From a virus (Duplodnaviria; Caudoviricetes), in IMG/VR virus record IMGVR_UViG_3300033068_001019, positions 2,391-66,390 of that record: a DNA stretch of 64,000 nucleotides; one strand, given 5' to 3'. Position numbers and translations under genes: made by a program. Of this stretch, positions 37,449 to 48,300 are shown in pieces (positions within the stretch are counted from its first letter, which is position 1; every line of letters starts with the position of its first letter). Below the pieces are notes generated by a model that was not told the origin of the DNA, searched no databases, and saw nothing but the letters and a program-made list of their open reading frames with translations.

Positions 37449-38611
37449 CCTACGAAAAATTCATCGGCCTCAACAACGTGCAGCCAGCCCACCGCCTCAA
37501 GTCCGCCGAGCTCTACACCGCATCGGATGTGGACATCGGCATGGACAGCGAGCTGCGACGGCGCAAGGGTTACAGCCTGGTGCAAGAGGTCTGCCACAAG
37601 AACCTCCACCAGGCTCCGGGCTTCATGCTGGCGACCTGCAACGGCGACCTGTGCCGGACCGACGGTGTGGCCCAGACGCTGCTCTACCCGTCGATCGGCA
37701 CCGACCGTGTCTGGTACTGCGACCTGCCTGACGGGAGGACCACATTCAGCAACGGCCTCATCCACGGCATTACGGACGGCACGACGACCACCGAGTGGGG
37801 CGTGCCTCTGCCACCAAGTATCGGCGCACTGACGCCAGTGAGTGGGCAACTCCATCCAGGCGATTATCAATACGCAGTTACGTACGTACGTATTTCTGAT
37901 GGTCTCGAAGGCGGGCCCAGTTACTCGAACCCGGTCCCTGTCCCTGACGGCGGCATCCTGCTGACCGGGCTGCCCGAGGAGCCGGGCTACATGATCAACG
38001 TCTACCTCTCTGGCCACAACGGCGGCGAGATGTACAAGGCGGGCTCCACGTTCAACAGCTCCTTCGGCTACCTGGGCACGAACGCCGCGCTCACGCTCCC
38101 CATCCGCACCGACTTCCTGGAGCCCATGCCTGTCGGCACCGTGACGGCGTTCTGGCGCGGCCGGGTCCTGGTGGCTGACGGCGCGGTCCTCTGGGCGTCG
38201 AAGACCCACCAGCCCGAGCTGTGCGACAAGCGCCGCGACTTCAAGCAGTTCAGCGCACCGATCACCCTGATCCAGCCGGTCGACAACGGTGTGTTCGTGG
38301 GCACCACCGAAGAGCTGGCGTTCCTTGCCGGCGATGAGTTCGACAAGCTCGTGTATCGCCAGGCCATGACCGGGCGCGTGGTGCTGGGCTCTGGCGTGGC
38401 GGTCAAGGCCGAGCAGCTGCAGCAGCAGAAGGGCAGCAACGAGTCCGGCTCGGCCATGGTGTGTATCGCCGACGGCGTCATCGTCTTCGGCTACAACGGG
38501 GGCAGCGTGCGCCGCGTGACGGAGGGCCGCTACCGCACCGCCGTCGCCGAGGTGGCCGCGACGTTCCGCGTCCAGGACGGCATCCCCCAGTACATCGCGG
38601 TGCCGCTGTGA
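37442..38611 (+). CDS. Tail tubular/nozzle-like protein
   Basis: Start MLTYEKFIGLNN; beta-propeller-like composition. Confidence 0.6.
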   Translation: MLTYEKFIGLNNVQPAHRLKSAELYTASDVDIGMDSELRRRKGYSLVQEVCHKNLHQAPGFMLATCNGDLCRTDGVAQTLLYPSIGTDRVWYCDLPDGRTTFSNGLIHGITDGTTTTEWGVPLPPSIGALTPVSGQLHPGDYQYAVTYVRISDGLEGGPSYSNPVPVPDGGILLTGLPEEPGYMINVYLSGHNGGEMYKAGSTFNSSFGYLGTNAALTLPIRTDFLEPMPVGTVTAFWRGRVLVADGAVLWASKTHQPELCDKRRDFKQFSAPITLIQPVDNGVFVGTTEELAFLAGDEFDKLVYRQAMTGRVVLGSGVAVKAEQLQQQKGSNESGSAMVCIADGVIVFGYNGGSVRRVTEGRYRTAVAEVAATFRVQDGIPQYIAVPL

Positions 38612-40707
38612 GTACGCTCGACATCGACTGGTTCAGCTTCGGCGGCGACGCCAAGCCCGGCCGCGTGCCGACGCGAGTGGTCGTCAAGGGCCCGCAGGGG
38701 TACGAACTGACCGCTGGTCAGCGCGGAGGACTCAACCAGGTCTTCCGTCAGTTCGCCACGCTGGTGAGGACATCACCCATCCCCGACGGCTTCCATACCA
38801 GGCGCATGCGCCTGGGTGATGGGAGCCGGATCGAGATGGTGGCCAACAACGGCGTCTACCAGGTCGTGATCTACCCGGCGGTGGGTGGCGCGGCACCGAG
38901 CGAGGCGCTGAGCGGGTTCCTGTTCGTGCCAGCCCGCACCACCTGGGAGAACGCGGCCGGAGGGTGGAGGTCCTGGTTGGACTACGCCCCCGACATTTAT
39001 GTCGCCCCTGGGTACGCCGCTAAGAAGGCCCCGCCAGCGCTCTCCGCTCCCCCCTCTGTCGTCGGCAAGCCCGGCGAGGTGCGAAAGCTATACCCAACCA
39101 CCAAGATCCAGCGGATGCCTGGTCCGAGGTATTGGCAGGGTGGCGAGGAGTTCAACAACATGCGGCTCCGCTGGCGAGGCGCCCCGCGCAAGTACCTGCC
39201 CTTCCGCGAGTATGTGGCTCGGATCGCGCTCGTCGCCACGGGCCACATCAATCCCGCCGGATGGGTAGACGATCCGGCTGCCTATCTGTCCCAGGCCTCG
39301 AGGTTCCTGTGGCTCGGGCAGGGCCGGCGCGAGACGGAGGTGGCCTACATCTTCTCGGCCTGCCTTCATAGGCCCCCTGATAGCGGGGGACCTGGAAACG
39401 TCTTTGTCCGGGTGTTCGGGATCGCACGCGACGACTCCCCCGGGTTCAGTGTCTGCGACCTGGTGCCAGAGGGCGTCCCTCCCGGGCTGTCCACCCTCGA
39501 GGCACTGATGTCGGCCTCGCGCCTGGTCGTGCATGCAGAGTATCCGCTACCAGGGGACTACGACGCCGGAGGGCTCAGCGCGGACCCCGAGGACGGGAAG
39601 TGGAAGTTCCTGTGGGCACCCGAGTTCAACGGTCGGGGCGACAAGATGGCCGTGGCCATCGCACGCAAGGAGGTGGGCAGCACCAGCCCTTACGAACTGG
39701 TGTGTGAGATGGACCCGGTCAGCTTCGTGGCTGCAGGCGAGCAGCGGTCGTTCACCTACTCCACGAGTAGCGGCACCACAGGAATCGGCTGGCACGAAGA
39801 CGGGGGCTACATGACCCTCGTCTCCAGCAACGACATCAGCAGCGGTAGCTGGGGTGGGAGGCGCTATGTCGCATGCGACTACGCCGGAGACGAGTTCGTG
39901 ACGGTGTGGGTCGAGACCGAGGGCAGCAGCAGCGGCTCCAGCAACTTCTCGTGGACGTGGGGTGATCCAGGGAGCGCCGCCTGGTCATCCAGCGGTGCCT
40001 TCCAGGAGGACACGACGGTCTATCACTCCGTGCTGGGCACTCTGTACTCACATGGCGCGGCGACGACATCATCCAGCAGCCAGACGACGACCAGCGGGAC
40101 GTTCTCGAACTCAGGGCAGCAGGCGACCAGCCTGGAGTTCACTGCGGACCTCGCCATCGGGTTCATCCACCTGGGGGCTTTGGAATCCTCCCGCCCCGGC
40201 GCCTCATTGACGAGCTCCGGCAGCGAGGTCGTGGCCACATTCACGACGACATCGTCATACACCGGACGGGTTTTCTTCGGAGGTGAGACGCTTGCGCTGG
40301 CGACGTGGGCGGAGGGCAGATCCGACGAGGCGAGATATACCTTCTCCCCCTCCTGGGTGATGGAGTTCTCCCGCACCGTTGAGACCCGGGACTTCACCGA
40401 GGACATGCGCGGGGGACCCTACTCCTACTCGAACTACGACGGCAACGACATTTACAGCGCCCGGTGCGCCCACGACTACCGGGTCTGCGCGGTCACGAAA
40501 GACCGGGCCGGGGTGTACCTGGGCGTGGGGGCGCTGAACGACCCGAGGGCAGACATCGTCGACCCCTCCGAGCATCCGCCGACCACCTACGAGAGTCTGT
40601 TCCTGCAGAAAGGTCAGGACGGCATCCAGGCCTGGCCGGCTCCAGTTTGGTGGGGTGCGAATGCGGCGGGCGAGAACCCCATGCACCTCGGGGCGGTCTT
40701 CATCTAA
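38608..40707 (+). CDS. Virion structural protein
   Basis: GTG start overlapping the upstream stop; 699 aa. Confidence 0.65.
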   Translation: MSTLDIDWFSFGGDAKPGRVPTRVVVKGPQGYELTAGQRGGLNQVFRQFATLVRTSPIPDGFHTRRMRLGDGSRIEMVANNGVYQVVIYPAVGGAAPSEALSGFLFVPARTTWENAAGGWRSWLDYAPDIYVAPGYAAKKAPPALSAPPSVVGKPGEVRKLYPTTKIQRMPGPRYWQGGEEFNNMRLRWRGAPRKYLPFREYVARIALVATGHINPAGWVDDPAAYLSQASRFLWLGQGRRETEVAYIFSACLHRPPDSGGPGNVFVRVFGIARDDSPGFSVCDLVPEGVPPGLSTLEALMSASRLVVHAEYPLPGDYDAGGLSADPEDGKWKFLWAPEFNGRGDKMAVAIARKEVGSTSPYELVCEMDPVSFVAAGEQRSFTYSTSSGTTGIGWHEDGGYMTLVSSNDISSGSWGGRRYVACDYAGDEFVTVWVETEGSSSGSSNFSWTWGDPGSAAWSSSGAFQEDTTVYHSVLGTLYSHGAATTSSSSQTTTSGTFSNSGQQATSLEFTADLAIGFIHLGALESSRPGASLTSSGSEVVATFTTTSSYTGRVFFGGETLALATWAEGRSDEARYTFSPSWVMEFSRTVETRDFTEDMRGGPYSYSNYDGNDIYSARCAHDYRVCAVTKDRAGVYLGVGALNDPRADIVDPSEHPPTTYESLFLQKGQDGIQAWPAPVWWGANAAGENPMHLGAVFI

Positions 40708-40716
40708 GGAGCGAAC

Positions 40717-41154
40717 ATGAACACCATCGTCATGAACACCATGACCGGCGCGGTCACGGAATACACGAACCACGACTTCGACAGCATCACACCGACGCAC
40801 GCCGGGTCGGCGCTGGGTTTGTACGCTTTCGGCGGCAACCTCGACGTGGCCGAGCCCATCGTCTCCAGTGTCGTCACCGGCAAGACCCACCAGGGCGACA
40901 CCCGCAAGAAGCACGTCGACATCGTGTTCTTCGCCGTCAAAGGTTCGGGTACTGCCCGCATGACTGTGCATGGAGAAGTCGCCACGTACAGCTACAATTT
41001 CGTGATCGAACAGGGTGGTGAATCGCGCAGCAAGCCTGGGCGTGGAATCCGTGAGAACTACCTGGCGTTCGGGTTCAGCAACTCGGGCGGCCAGGACTTT
41101 CAGCTTGACCGGATCGAGGCCAACATCGGCCAGTCCGTCACACGGAGGACATAG
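40717..41154 (+). CDS. Virion structural protein
   Basis: MNTIVMNTMTGAVTEY; AAGGAG RBS. Confidence 0.7.
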   Translation: MNTIVMNTMTGAVTEYTNHDFDSITPTHAGSALGLYAFGGNLDVAEPIVSSVVTGKTHQGDTRKKHVDIVFFAVKGSGTARMTVHGEVATYSYNFVIEQGGESRSKPGRGIRENYLAFGFSNSGGQDFQLDRIEANIGQSVTRRT

Positions 41155-41156
41155 CC

Positions 41157-42989
41157 ATGACGGCATGGAGCACCTATTCGTCGGGGGCCGCAGCGAAAGC
41201 GGACACCCTGTTCGCCTATGCGGAAGGCGTAGCCACAGGGCACGCCGCCAGCGCCGCGGACATCGCGGCGGCCCTGGCCAGCTCGGTCGCCGCGCCGCCC
41301 AGCATCAACGCGAGCTTCGCGATGCCGCAACAGCCGGCACTGCCGCCGTTGCCGGCTACCCCATCCCTGTCACCGATCACCTTCAACATGCCATCGGCGC
41401 CCGGAGGTGTGAGCGAGGCGGCGCCATCGTTCTCGGTCAGCACGTTCGACGAGGTAGCCCCGACCATCACGCTGCCCAACGCCCCGGCGGTCAACTACGG
41501 CACCGCTCCAGCTGTCCCTGCGGTCGGCGCGGTCGCCATACCGGACGCCCCGGAGGTCGTGGCGCCGTCGGTCCCGGCCTACCTTGCGGTGTCCACGCAC
41601 TCACTCGACACGATCGACCTGCACGAGGACTGGTTGACTCGCCTGGAGCAGATCCCGACGCTCGACCTGCTCTCGCCCACGCCCTACAGCTACACCCCAA
41701 GCCCGAAGTACGCCTCGGCGCTGCTGGATGCGCTCAAGGACAAGATCAACCAGCGTCTGCAGGGCGGCACCGGCCTGCCCCCAGCCATCGAGCAGGCGAT
41801 CTGGGACCGGGCTCGCGACCGCGAGACGGCGATCGCCCAGGCCAACGTCGACGAGATCCAGCGCCAGTCCGAGGCCCTGGGGTTCCGGCTCCCGGCCGGC
41901 GTGACAATCGCCCAGACGCGCCAGGCGCAGCAGAGCTACTACGACAAGCTGAGCGAGCTGTCGCGCGACATCAGCATCAAGCAGGCCGACCTCGAACAGG
42001 CCAACCTCAAGCACGCGATCGAAGAGGGCCTCAAGCTCGAGAGCCAGCTCCTGGACTACGCCATGAAGCTCGAGCAGATCGGTTTCGAGTCGGCGAAGTT
42101 CGGTGCCGAGAACGCCGTCCAGGCTTACAACGCCGTGGTCGATGCCTACAAGGCCTCGCTGTCCGGCTACCAGACCTACGCGCAGGCCTATGAGACGGTC
42201 ATCAAGGCTGAGCTCTCGCGCATCGAGATCTTCAAGGGTAAGCTGGCCGGCGAGGAGACCAAGGCCAACATCAACCGCACGCTGGTCGAGCAGTACAAGG
42301 CGGCCATCGAAGCGGGCATGGCCCAGGTGAAGGTCTACGAGGCCCAGGTCGGCGGCGCCAAGGCCCTCATCGAGCTCGAGGCCACGAAGCTGGGTGCTGC
42401 GGGTGAGCAGATCAAGGCCTACGTCGCCCAGGTCAACGCCGAGACCGCCAAGGTCGAGGCCTACAAGGCCAGCGTGCAGGGCGAAGCCACCAAGGTCGAG
42501 ATCTACAAGGCGAAGGCCCAGGCCTTCGCCTCGGTGTCGGCGACGCAGGCCGAGCACTCGCGCGCACTGATCGCCCGCTACGAGGGGATCTACCGGGCGC
42601 AGGCCTCGCGCTACGACGGCTACCGGGCGCAGGTCGAGGCTGAGAGCGCGCGCATCCAGGCCATCGCGCACCAGAACAGCCAGGCCGTCGAGATGTACAA
42701 AACCACCGCCACCTACAACACCGCCATGGTGCAGAACCTGAACAGCCAGTGGGGCGCGGCGATCAAGGGCGCGGAGGCTGCGAGCTCGATCGCCCTGTCC
42801 GCGGCCAAGGCCAACGCCGACGCCCACATCGCCCACTCGGCGGCGCGACTCGACGCCTCCAAGGTCGGTGCCCAGGTCGCCGCCCAGCTCGCGGCGAGCG
42901 CGATGTCCATGGTCCACGCCAGCGTGTCGGTCAACGACAGCGCGACCATCAGCGGTAGCGACAACTTCAACACCAGCTACAACTACTGA
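41157..42989 (+). CDS. Helical virion protein (tail or ejection)
   Basis: 610 aa with a long Ala/Glu/Gln coiled-coil C-terminal half. Confidence 0.7.
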   Translation: MTAWSTYSSGAAAKADTLFAYAEGVATGHAASAADIAAALASSVAAPPSINASFAMPQQPALPPLPATPSLSPITFNMPSAPGGVSEAAPSFSVSTFDEVAPTITLPNAPAVNYGTAPAVPAVGAVAIPDAPEVVAPSVPAYLAVSTHSLDTIDLHEDWLTRLEQIPTLDLLSPTPYSYTPSPKYASALLDALKDKINQRLQGGTGLPPAIEQAIWDRARDRETAIAQANVDEIQRQSEALGFRLPAGVTIAQTRQAQQSYYDKLSELSRDISIKQADLEQANLKHAIEEGLKLESQLLDYAMKLEQIGFESAKFGAENAVQAYNAVVDAYKASLSGYQTYAQAYETVIKAELSRIEIFKGKLAGEETKANINRTLVEQYKAAIEAGMAQVKVYEAQVGGAKALIELEATKLGAAGEQIKAYVAQVNAETAKVEAYKASVQGEATKVEIYKAKAQAFASVSATQAEHSRALIARYEGIYRAQASRYDGYRAQVEAESARIQAIAHQNSQAVEMYKTTATYNTAMVQNLNSQWGAAIKGAEAASSIALSAAKANADAHIAHSAARLDASKVGAQVAAQLAASAMSMVHASVSVNDSATISGSDNFNTSYNY

Positions 42990-43093
42990 TCCGGGTCGCC
43001 GGCAGGAGACATGCCGGCCCCCCTTGTGTAAAATCCGGCCCATATACACCGGAGCCGCGGGCTGTGAAGGTGTTCCCACCGAGGAACACTGCC

Positions 43094-45343
43094 ATGACCT
43101 ACCCGCTCGACCTGCTGGACCCTCCGGGCTCTGGGCGGGTTACTCCCAACCCGGTCCCGCGCGCGCCAGAGGGCACCCTGCGGGGCGACGTGACTTCCCG
43201 CAACTTCTGGGCAGCCGGCCCGCAGCCTGGCGGTGCGCCAGCAGCACAGCCAGGCCCTGCCCCTGCTGCACAGGCCGCCCCCGCTCCGGCGCCCGGCCGC
43301 GCACTTGTTCCGACGGACGGTGCCCGGATGGTGTCCGGCGATCGCATGGCCGTCCCAGGCACCCCCTACAGGCCGAACTTCACCATCCCGATGGGCGAGA
43401 TCCCGCCAGGCGCAGGGCCTGCCCCGGCCTCCGCAGGGCTCCGTGACGCCGCCTACTCCGCCGGCCAGAAGGTCGGGCCGGCTGTCAGCGCCGGCAAGGA
43501 GTGGCTGTTCGGCGCCGCCCGCGAGGCTGCCCCAGCTGCCGCTGCCGCTGAGCCGGCCAAGACCGCGCTTGGCCGAGCCGGCCAGGCAGTGAGCGGGTTC
43601 GGCTCCAAGGTGGGGGAACGCCTCGGCAAGGCAGCGCACGTCGCCGGCCGCATCGGGGGCATCGCCGCGACGGCCGAGTCCTTCGGGCAGAACGTCGAGG
43701 GCATGGGCAACGTCTTCTACAACGACAAGGCGACGTTCAGCGACAAGGCGGCGGCCGGCGTCGAGGGTGCGGGCAACATCATCGGCACCGGCCTCCTGTC
43801 GCTGGGCAGCAAGCTCCCGATCGCCGGCCCGCTCATTGCCGGCGCTGTCGGCCCGAACCCGGCTTCCCGCCTCGCCGACATCACCAACGACTCCGTCCTG
43901 GACAAGTTCAACCCGGGCAAAGGATTCGGCACGACCCGAGCCGAGCAGATGTTGGGCATGACCCCGAACAACGCTGCTGCAGCGCCGGCACAGCCCCCGG
44001 CCGCACCAGTCCAGGCCCAGGCACCTGCCGCGCCGGCTCAGGCCGCACCCACCATCCCGGCGCAGCCGGGCTTCACCGAGCGCTCCCCCGGCATCTACCA
44101 GCGCGGCAAGAACGAGTTCTCGGACGCCGCCGGCCTGCGCGACCCCGGCTTCTGGGCGCGCGGCGAGATCAGCCCGCAGAACATGCGTGCGGCCGACGCC
44201 ATGGACGCCCGCTACCGCGCCCAGGCCAGCGCGGCGCCGAGCGCTCCGGGTGGCTCCCAGTACCAGCGCGAGGTCGAGGAAGCCAACGCCCGCAACGCCA
44301 TGGGCGCCATGATCGGCGCCAGTCAGCGTAGCATCCTGCCTGGCGGTGGCATCCTCTCCAAGGAGTTCCAGGAGCAGAGCAACCGGGAGAGCGCCGCCCG
44401 CCGCCTGGCTGAGCAGGCCGAGCGCCGGCCCGGCGAGACCGCTGCGGCCCACAACGCCCGGGTGGGCATGGCCAAGGCCGTCATGGACCGCGACCAGCGC
44501 GAGGTCGAGTCCGTGCGTGGCGACAACACCAACCGCCGCGGTCAGGACCTGGGCTACAGCTCCACCACCCGGGGCCAGGACCTGAACTACGGCGCCACCT
44601 TGCGCGGCCAGGACATGGAGCTGCAGGGCAGGATCGCACCCAAGCAGATGGAGATCCAGATGATGATGGCGCAGCGCCAGCGCCTGGCCGACCTGGCCAA
44701 CGGCTCGCGCACGGCGGGGCCGGACGGCAAACCTGGCGCCGTCGACTACATCGCCGCGCAGCAGCGCGCGCTGCTGATGGGCGACGCAACGTCCGCCGAG
44801 GCGCTCGGGAAGATGGTCAGCAACGTGCAGGGCCAGACTGCCGCGGCCCAGGGCATCGACGACGGCTTCCAGAAAAAGTTGGCCAGCCGGGTAGCTATCC
44901 CGCTGATGAAGGACGGTCAGCCCACCGGTCAGCGCGACGAGGTGGCCGAGGCTGCCATGGTCAGCCAGTTGATGCAGAGTCACCCGGAGCTGAACCAGCT
45001 GAGTCCCGCGCAGCTGAACGAGGCCCTGCCCAAGCTGCTGGCCCAGCAGACCCTACTGAAGAAGTGGAACGACGCCGGGCAGAACTCCGGCATCGGTTGG
45101 CGGGGTGAGTGGGTCCCTTCCTACAACAAGCGCGTGCCCCAGTCGGCGACGGTGCTGGCACCCGGCAGTCTGTCCCACCTCACGCCCGAGAACCGCGGGT
45201 GGTGGGCCGGTGCTGGTGGGCGGACGGGCGACACCGTACTGCGTGACAGCCAGGGGTGGGACAGCACCTACAACCTGGGCCCGCTGAACGCCCTCGAGGC
45301 CGAGACCCTGCGCGAGTGGACCACTCCGACCAACAAAAAGTAA
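43094..45343 (+). CDS. Internal virion (ejection) protein
   Basis: Ala/Gly/Pro/Gln-rich, RGQD repeats; precedes the giant protein. Confidence 0.7.
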   Translation: MTYPLDLLDPPGSGRVTPNPVPRAPEGTLRGDVTSRNFWAAGPQPGGAPAAQPGPAPAAQAAPAPAPGRALVPTDGARMVSGDRMAVPGTPYRPNFTIPMGEIPPGAGPAPASAGLRDAAYSAGQKVGPAVSAGKEWLFGAAREAAPAAAAAEPAKTALGRAGQAVSGFGSKVGERLGKAAHVAGRIGGIAATAESFGQNVEGMGNVFYNDKATFSDKAAAGVEGAGNIIGTGLLSLGSKLPIAGPLIAGAVGPNPASRLADITNDSVLDKFNPGKGFGTTRAEQMLGMTPNNAAAAPAQPPAAPVQAQAPAAPAQAAPTIPAQPGFTERSPGIYQRGKNEFSDAAGLRDPGFWARGEISPQNMRAADAMDARYRAQASAAPSAPGGSQYQREVEEANARNAMGAMIGASQRSILPGGGILSKEFQEQSNRESAARRLAEQAERRPGETAAAHNARVGMAKAVMDRDQREVESVRGDNTNRRGQDLGYSSTTRGQDLNYGATLRGQDMELQGRIAPKQMEIQMMMAQRQRLADLANGSRTAGPDGKPGAVDYIAAQQRALLMGDATSAEALGKMVSNVQGQTAAAQGIDDGFQKKLASRVAIPLMKDGQPTGQRDEVAEAAMVSQLMQSHPELNQLSPAQLNEALPKLLAQQTLLKKWNDAGQNSGIGWRGEWVPSYNKRVPQSATVLAPGSLSHLTPENRGWWAGAGGRTGDTVLRDSQGWDSTYNLGPLNALEAETLREWTTPTNKK

Positions 45344-45355
45344 CCGGGATTCGAC

Positions 45356-48300
45356 ATGCCGACACTCCGCGACCTGGCCCCCGGCTACTCCGGCGCCCTC
45401 TCCGATCTGGCCCCCGGCTCTGCGCCACCCCAAGGCGGGGTGGGCGGCGGGGTGGCGGACTTGCCCACGAACTATGCCCCCGACCCGCGCCCGACCATGC
45501 GCGAGTTCGAGCGCAATGGCATGAACCAGATCGAGAAGGGCTACCGATCCGGCCGGATCACGGACCAGGCCAACTGGCTGGCCAACCAGGAAGCCCTGGC
45601 GGCAGCCAGCGGTGACACACGCAAGGCCGCGAGCCTGCGCGACGAGATCACCAGCCTGCAGCAGGAGGCTGCCTACTTCGCCCCGCGCGAGCAGGACGTG
45701 ACCAAGCTCGGCTGGGACCCTGCGCGCATCGTTGACTGGGCCGGCGGCGCCATCGGCTCGACCGCGGCGTCGATGCAGGACGGCCTGGTGTCTGGCGCTG
45801 GCCTGCGCGGCGCAGCGGCGGCGGCTGGGCTCATCCCCCACCCACTCGCTCAAGGGGCCAGCAAGCTCCTGGGTGGCGCCTCGATCGCCGTGCCCTTCGC
45901 GACGAACTACCTGTCGAATGCCGGCGAGACCTACAACGAGATGGCGAACGACAAGGCGCTGATGGCGAGCACCACGCCGATGCAGCGCCTGGCGACGGGC
46001 GCAGGCGCCGGCCTGGTCATGGGTGCGCTCGACACCATCGGCGATGCCAGCCTGCTGCGGCGCGGCCTGGGCGGCACGATGGGCAGCAAGACCATCGACA
46101 CCGCGCTCGATGCCGGCGGTTTCGCCGGCCGGTTCGTCAAGGACAACCTACTCGAGGGCGTCACCGAGGTGGCCCAGACCGGCGTGCAGAAGGCCGGGCA
46201 CAGCCTGCTCAACCCGAACCGTGACACCAGCGGCGACGTGGGCGAATACATCAACTCGTTCGCCCAGGCAGCAGTCGGCGGCATGCCCATGTCTGCCGCC
46301 GGTAACGCCGTGCAGTCTGCGCGCGAGACCCTACAGAACCGCGTCGGCCCCGAGGCCGACAAGGCTGCCGGCTCCAAGCGGGGCGACGAGATTGACCTGC
46401 GCACCGGCAAGACGACCAGCGGCGCTGACGCGCCGGCCGAGGACATCATCCGCGCCGCCGCCAGCGCGCCGACGCACAAGTTCACCGCCGAGCAGCAGGC
46501 CCGGCGCGATCTGCTGGACGGCAGCTTCGACATCCCGGACGACCCGATCGACCTGGAGCTCAAGACCACCGACCGCTGGACCGGGCTGAAGGAAGAGCTC
46601 GCCCGCCAGGGCGCCAAGCCGGAAGCCCAGAAGCTCATGACGGACCTTGACGCCGTCGATCTGTCGGACCCGCTGGCCAACGAGCACCCGGCCATGAAGG
46701 CGGCGGCGGACTTCGTGCGCCCCTACGCCGGCCTGGACGAGGAGCAGCTGGCCAAGGCCATGAAGTCGGTGAGCAAGCGGGGCCGCAAGCTGAGCACCTA
46801 CGAACCGGACGACCCCCGGGACAGCGGCATGCTGGGTGAAGCCGGCCCGAACGTGGCCGGCGTCGACACCAGCAAGATGGCGCCGACCGACCCCAAGAAG
46901 TTCGCTGCGCAGCAGCGCGTGCGCCGCGAGGTCCAGCGCCAGATCGAGGAGAACGCCAAGAACGCCGCCGGCCTACTGGAGTACGCGCTGGTGGGCGGCG
47001 AGACTGGCAAGCGCGCGCCGGCAGCGCAGCGCAACGCCTTGCGCCAGATGGCCACCGAGATCGCCAACATGGCTCACATCAAGGGCCAGCCGGAGCCCGG
47101 CGAGCTGTTCGCCGCCGAGCGCTACGGGCGCATCATCGGGTCGCTGTTGAAGGAAGGCACCCCCGAGACGCTGCAGCAAGTCGGCTACTCGACCGGCGCA
47201 CAGGGTTCGCCGCTGTTCTCCGCGCTGCTGGGTGCCGCCGTGCGCGCATCCGGCCGGCTGGACAGCACCGCCGCCAAGCAGGAGCGGATCAACCGCGACA
47301 CCGCCGCCAACCAGCTGGTCAGCCTGATCCCGAAGGACACGCTGACCGCGCTCATGGAGAAGGGCGTGAACCTTCAGGGCGACGAGAACCAGCGCCACTT
47401 CATGCTCGACGGCCTCGAGTCGTTCTTCTATGATGGTGAGGGTCCTTTCACCGAGAAGAAGCTCACGTCGATGCTGGGCAAGGAGACCCTGGGCAAGCTC
47501 CGGGAGTTCTTCACCCGCCCGATCGAGGCCCGCTTCGACCAAGAGTCGGCCATCGACGAAGGAGACCTGAACGACGTGGCCGAGGCCCAGGCGGCCGAAG
47601 CCGACGAGTTCGTCAAACAGCACGCCAGCAACGCCGTCGACCGGAGCTCGCCCGAGCGCCTGGTGTTCGCCCATGGCCGGCGTGACACGACCGAGGATGC
47701 CCGTGCCCAGTTCAGCGGCGAGCTTGTTGGCAAGGTGCGCGAGGCCCTCAAGCGCGGCACGGGCCTGACCGGCGTCAAGCTGCCGTCGATCGCCCGCATG
47801 CCAGAGCTCGACGAGGCTGGCGAGTGGAGCGCCGAGGACATGCTGTCCACATTCGACCCGGAGGCCAAGGACATCGAGCTGCCGGCGCGCGGCGACGACG
47901 CTGGCACCACGGCGGTGCTGCCGGCCAACTCCAAGCTCTGGCGCGTGGCCAAGTACGCGACGGAGCGCTTCGCCGGAAACGAAGAGACCGGCGAGCAGCC
48001 GACCCACGCTGTGCGCCTGTCCACCGTCAAGGAGGAGCTGGATGCTGCCGGCGTCCACCCGAACAGCCGCCTGGACCTGATGCTGGGCTACCTGCTGGCC
48101 GGCAAGAAGATCAACGACGCCGACGCACAGAAGCTCAGCCGCGATCTGCGCCACGCCCGCGCCACGAGGATCATGCTGGACAAGATCAACCGCGTGCTGA
48201 CCGACACGAGCGCGATGCCACTGCGCGACCGGGCGGCCAAGCTCCTGCAGCCGGAGCGCGTCGACCCGGCGGGCAAGGTGATCCCGAGCGACCTGCAGCG

